Positions 60,158 to 64,000 of a DNA stretch of 64,000 nt are shown one piece after another (position 1 is the first letter of the stretch; the number at the start of each line of letters is the position of its first letter). The notes under the pieces were generated by a model. It was not told the origin of the DNA. It did no database searches and worked only from the letters and a program-made list of their open reading frames with translations. The DNA is taken from NCBI GenBank assembly GCA_016840085.1, contig JAEOTA010000043.1, forward strand, positions 32,488 to 96,487, read 5' to 3'. A program made the position numbers and the translations under genes. The DNA comes from Promethearchaeota archaeon. GTDB taxonomy: Archaea; Asgardarchaeota; Lokiarchaeia; Sigyniarchaeales; SOKP01.

Positions 60158-62275
60158 ATGATTAAAATAACACAAGTTCCAAAAATCAGAAGTAAAATTG
60201 AAGATGAAGCTTCATGGTTGTGCGATCCTTTTGCCAATAGTCGTGTATATGGTACCAAATTTACCTTAAAGGATCGATATTTCTCATGGAAGTTTTTCTT
60301 AAAAGAAGAATCAAAGGAAGATGCATTTAAAAATGGCTATCAATTTTTAGATTATCTAAGAGAGATTTATCCAGGATTATCAGGAGAGGTAAAAGTAAAA
60401 CCAATAGATTTCAAACAAATAAATAAACAGAAGCTATTATTAGAGCTAACTCTTCCTAAACCCTTTTTTAATAAACAGATCAATTTATTTAAAAAAATCA
60501 TCAATCTTTTTACTTTTAATAAAAACCACGTTATCAAAATTTATATTTTATGGCAAAAAGATGACTCTCTAATAGGAGAAATTAAAGGAACAGAATTAGA
60601 AACAGAATATAAGTTAGATGAAAATTTCAAAATAAAAATTTATCTCTCTCTAGTACCAAAATTCGATAATAATATACATATTGAAGATCAGAAGGCAGAA
60701 TTAAAAGGGCACTTAGAATATTTAACTACAGAAATAGCAAACATAGAGGGTGAAACGGCAACACTTACCCAAGTTTCGCCTGACACATGGAAACAAATAT
60801 TGAACGGAAGAGTATTCTGGAAAAATCTGTTAGGTGTGGATACAGGGCGATTCTATCGAGGTATTATAGATCAAATTCCTGAAGATAAAATTCCCGGATT
60901 TGTGAGTCCAAAAGTAATTGATTTCACTATTCCCGAATATTTTCTTCTTGATAAAGCAATAACCGTAAGAAATGAGAATATAAGCTTTTTACAAAAATCT
61001 AATCAAAAGGAAATTTCTCTAGGATATTACATTAGCAGAGGTGTTAAAACACATAAAAAGGTTAACCTTTCAATTAATGACCTTGTTCATCATACATTTA
61101 TTAGTGGTTTAACTGGTTCTGGAAAAACTACATTTTTAAACCAAATACAACAAGAAATATCTATAAAATATCCTAATTGTGGCATTTTGATTATAGGTAT
61201 GAGAAAAAAAGATGAAGATATTCCCTATAATTTAGATATAACCTTAAGGTATGGGGATCAAGACTTCAGAGTTCCCTACTATTTTAAGGGGGAAAATATC
61301 GAGGTAACTTTAGAACAATTAGCAGCTTTACTAGCCTCGTCGCTTGGGTTAAAACAACCAGTTGATATTATTATGTACAATGCAATGATTAAATATTTTG
61401 AAAAAAATAAAGATCTTCCAGATACTTTAGAGGATTTATTTGGAAAACTTTTGAACTGGTTTAAAAATTATCCGTATCATAGAAAATATCAAACCAATAT
61501 TACAAATGCGATAAAGAATCGTGCATTAAGATGGAGTTCATCTCCAATTTTAAAAAATATTACACGTTTGCCTTCTATTAAGCCGTTTTGGTTTATGGAA
61601 TGGATAAATGGAAAAAATATATACATTGATTTGTCTAAATCCATATGTAATGATTTTATAAAAAAACTGTTGATCAATTTGATCTTTCAAATGATTCGTA
61701 TCTTTTTTCCTCAAATTAGGAAGAATAAATTGAAAAATCTTATAATTTTGGATGAAATCGGTGTAATCTTAAAAAAACCAGCCACTACTGTTTCTAATGA
61801 TGATGAATTTGTGTCTCAATATTTTTTTGAAGAGGTTTTTTCTGATTTTCTTGAAGCATTCAGAAGTAGAGGTATCGGTCTCATACTGACAGCTCAAAAA
61901 CCATCACAATTATTTGAATCTGTCTATTCTCTTCCTAGTATTCTCATTTTGTTTAGAACTGCACACTCTTGTAGTAACCTATTTACAAATGATAGAGAAG
62001 AACAAGATACCTTAGCAATTTTTGAAGCTAGAAGGGCTATAGTTATTGATGGTGTTAATGGACGAAAATTTGCAATATATACTAAAGATTTCAATTATAA
62101 AAATTTCTCAAATCATCCTGTCAATAGAATTCAGAATTTATGTCCTTCATGTAAAAATTATATAAAACCGTATGATAATTTTTGTAGTGTTTGTGGTAAC
62201 TCTTTAAACTTAGATTCCAAATCGACTATTGATAAATCGGACATAGAATCTACAAAACTTAAAGAAAATAATTAA
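60158..62275 (+). CDS. HerA/FtsK-superfamily (DUF87) ATPase with C-terminal zinc ribbon
   Basis: H.FISGLTGSGKTT, LIILDE, FRSRGIG..L..Q.PS, CPSC..CSVC. Confidence 0.85.
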   Translation: MIKITQVPKIRSKIEDEASWLCDPFANSRVYGTKFTLKDRYFSWKFFLKEESKEDAFKNGYQFLDYLREIYPGLSGEVKVKPIDFKQINKQKLLLELTLPKPFFNKQINLFKKIINLFTFNKNHVIKIYILWQKDDSLIGEIKGTELETEYKLDENFKIKIYLSLVPKFDNNIHIEDQKAELKGHLEYLTTEIANIEGETATLTQVSPDTWKQILNGRVFWKNLLGVDTGRFYRGIIDQIPEDKIPGFVSPKVIDFTIPEYFLLDKAITVRNENISFLQKSNQKEISLGYYISRGVKTHKKVNLSINDLVHHTFISGLTGSGKTTFLNQIQQEISIKYPNCGILIIGMRKKDEDIPYNLDITLRYGDQDFRVPYYFKGENIEVTLEQLAALLASSLGLKQPVDIIMYNAMIKYFEKNKDLPDTLEDLFGKLLNWFKNYPYHRKYQTNITNAIKNRALRWSSSPILKNITRLPSIKPFWFMEWINGKNIYIDLSKSICNDFIKKLLINLIFQMIRIFFPQIRKNKLKNLIILDEIGVILKKPATTVSNDDEFVSQYFFEEVFSDFLEAFRSRGIGLILTAQKPSQLFESVYSLPSILILFRTAHSCSNLFTNDREEQDTLAIFEARRAIVIDGVNGRKFAIYTKDFNYKNFSNHPVNRIQNLCPSCKNYIKPYDNFCSVCGNSLNLDSKSTIDKSDIESTKLKENN

Positions 62276-62318
62276 TTGAAAGCGAACATTTTAAGAAATT
62301 TTGGGGGATAGATAATCT

Positions 62319-64000
62319 ATGAGTGAATCTGGGGGCGAATACGATGGAGGAGAATCAGATAATCAGCCAGATCGTGATTTCAATAAGGAATATGATCCGA
62401 ATGAAGATTATGACTGGGGAGATGATTATGATCCAGATGAAGACTACGATTGGAAGGATGATTATGATCCAGATGAGGACTATGACTGGGGAGATGATTT
62501 TGATCCGAACGAAGATTATGATTGGGGAGATGATTATGATCCAAATGAAAATGATAAGAGTGAAGATGAATCTGATTCTGATGAGGAACAACCAGAATCC
62601 AAAATCGTTCCAGAAGGAAAAACTCCTGAAGATTTAGCTGGAGATGATATCCCTGAAAATCCAGAAGGTGAAGGACCAAAAGAAGTTCCTGATGAAAGCC
62701 CAGATGATTTTATTGAAGAATCTAAACCAAACGATGATCTCGATAATGAGTCTGACGAATCCTTCGAGGAATATAATCCAGACGATGATCCTGACAATGA
62801 ACCCGAAGATTATTTTAAAGAATATGATCCGAAAAGTGAACCAGAAAAACAACCTGAAGGGATAAACAATCCTAATAGCGATGGCACTATAACTGTTACA
62901 GTCCCGAATGAACCAGAACAAGAACTTGATCAAGAACCTGAGAATGAACCTGAACAAGATCTGGAAGAAAAACTAGAAGAAATCGAAGAATTTGAGTTGA
63001 TTACCACTGAGGGTGAATCAGAGAAACCAAGTGAATCACCTGAAGTTATGAAAATTAGAGCAGATCTCGAAGAAATGGGATTAGCAGATAACACTGAACC
63101 TTTTTATCGTCATGATGAATCTCCCGAACTTAATTCAGATCATGATTTAGAACAAGAAACAGAACAAAACCATGAATATAAATCAGAGTTAGAACCAGAA
63201 AAGGAATTTGATAAACTGTTAGAACAAGAAAAAAAAGAAGTATCTATAAATGATCAAGAATTAAAATTTGAGGACGAAATACATCAAGACGGCAAGATAA
63301 AAGAGGAAATCGAGAGTCAAGAAACTCAAGAAGAACTAGAAGAGTCTTTACAAGAATCCAATCTAAAAAAACCGCAAGAGTCAAAAGAAAAGATAAAAGC
63401 TACAGAAAAAGATAATTATGAAGTCCTTAAAGAGCAATATCATCAAGAAACAAGAAGGAGAGCAATTTATGCACAAAAAGAAACTAAAGGTTTTATTGAG
63501 TGGAAAGAAGGGAAAGGAGAAAAAGAGTATAAAGAATATGAAGAGAAACAAGAATTAGATAAAAAATCAAAAAAAGAAATTCAAGATACAGAAAAAGATA
63601 ATTATGAAGTCCTTAAAGAGCACTATCATCAAGAAACAGGAAAGAGAGCAATTTATGCACAAAAAGAGACTAAAGGTTTTATTGAGTGGAAAGAAAGGAA
63701 AGGAGAAAAAGAGTATAAAGAACATGAAGAAAAACAAGAATTAGATAAAGAATCAAAAAAAGAAATTCAAGCACTTAAAGAAGAATCGGTAGAATATTTA
63801 ATTAACAGCATTAAAGAAACTGCCAGTAATGAAGAAATCTCAGAAAAAACAAGAGAGGAATTAATTGAGTTATTAAAAAAATATGATAAAATTTATGAAC
63901 TGCATAAGAAATTACAGAATCGAGAAATTGTTAAACAAGAATTTGAGCAAGAAATAGAAAAAATAGAAAAAGAATTAGGCGAAAAATTAAGAGTAGGAAC
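62319..64000 (+). CDS. Large acidic low-complexity/repeat protein, 3' end beyond the window
   Basis: ATG at 62319 after GGGGG RBS; MSESGGEYDGGESD...; frame open to the window end (hence absent from the ORF track). Confidence 0.88.
   Translation, partial: MSESGGEYDGGESDNQPDRDFNKEYDPNEDYDWGDDYDPDEDYDWKDDYDPDEDYDWGDDFDPNEDYDWGDDYDPNENDKSEDESDSDEEQPESKIVPEGKTPEDLAGDDIPENPEGEGPKEVPDESPDDFIEESKPNDDLDNESDESFEEYNPDDDPDNEPEDYFKEYDPKSEPEKQPEGINNPNSDGTITVTVPNEPEQELDQEPENEPEQDLEEKLEEIEEFELITTEGESEKPSESPEVMKIRADLEEMGLADNTEPFYRHDESPELNSDHDLEQETEQNHEYKSELEPEKEFDKLLEQEKKEVSINDQELKFEDEIHQDGKIKEEIESQETQEELEESLQESNLKKPQESKEKIKATEKDNYEVLKEQYHQETRRRAIYAQKETKGFIEWKEGKGEKEYKEYEEKQELDKKSKKEIQDTEKDNYEVLKEHYHQETGKRAIYAQKETKGFIEWKERKGEKEYKEHEEKQELDKESKKEIQALKEESVEYLINSIKETASNEEISEKTREELIELLKKYDKIYELHKKLQNREIVKQEFEQEIEKIEKELGEKLRVG
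62391..62549 (+). repeat. 36-bp coding tandem repeat (YDPxEDYDWGDD) x4.4
   Basis: Units start at 62391, 62427, 62463, 62499, 62535 (partial). Confidence 0.92.
63401..63771 (+). repeat. 186-bp (62-aa) near-identical coding tandem duplication
   Basis: Units start at 63401 and 63587; each contains YHQET.(R/K)RAIYAQKETKGFIEWK. Confidence 0.92.

Noticed and set aside
1813-61677. Numerous 60-110 aa antisense or out-of-frame ORFs inside larger genes
   Set aside because: Fully overlap well-supported genes and show no motifs.
62391-62549. 36-bp repeats as a CRISPR array
   Set aside because: Units are contiguous with no spacers, are in frame within a long ORF, vary mostly in ways that preserve the peptide, and no cas genes are present.
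62323-62957. Six short overlapping ORFs in the track
   Set aside because: Shadows of the repetitive acidic ORF starting at 62319.

Overview
AT-rich archaeal chromosome segment, most consistent with Asgard archaea (Lokiarchaeia). Evidence: Loki-CTERM-type anchors, SCP2 proteins, a roadblock fragment, an ether-lipid gene cluster, methanopterin genes and archaeal uS2. Bases ~1-54300 are mostly housekeeping/metabolic: AOR+ADH, aroK/aroE/tyrA, tmk, leuCD-like, rps2, cooC, ilvD, GGR-GGGPS-DGGGPS, larE, mptG/mptD. Bases ~54300-64000 are accessory: gene debris, two beta-propeller surface proteins sharing a near-identical upstream element, a HerA/DUF87 ATPase, and a very acidic repeat protein running off the end. 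The best candidate for something new is an unannotated 56-aa zinc-finger gene (4251-4450, minus strand). It is split by a 29-nt frameshifting, stop-containing insert that folds into a bulge-helix-bulge/loop motif whose predicted cut sites restore the ORF, i.e. a candidate tRNA-type (EndA/RtcB) intron in an Asgard mRNA. Other points: a relic 3' end of a GH57 gene bracketing the AOR-ADH pair, an eroded sulfatase in front of its maturase, three LITAF-like membrane zinc proteins, an AbrB-like/zinc-ribbon nuclease module and a dif-like site. No rRNA, tRNA or CRISPR array was recognised. All family calls come from motif recognition, not database searches.
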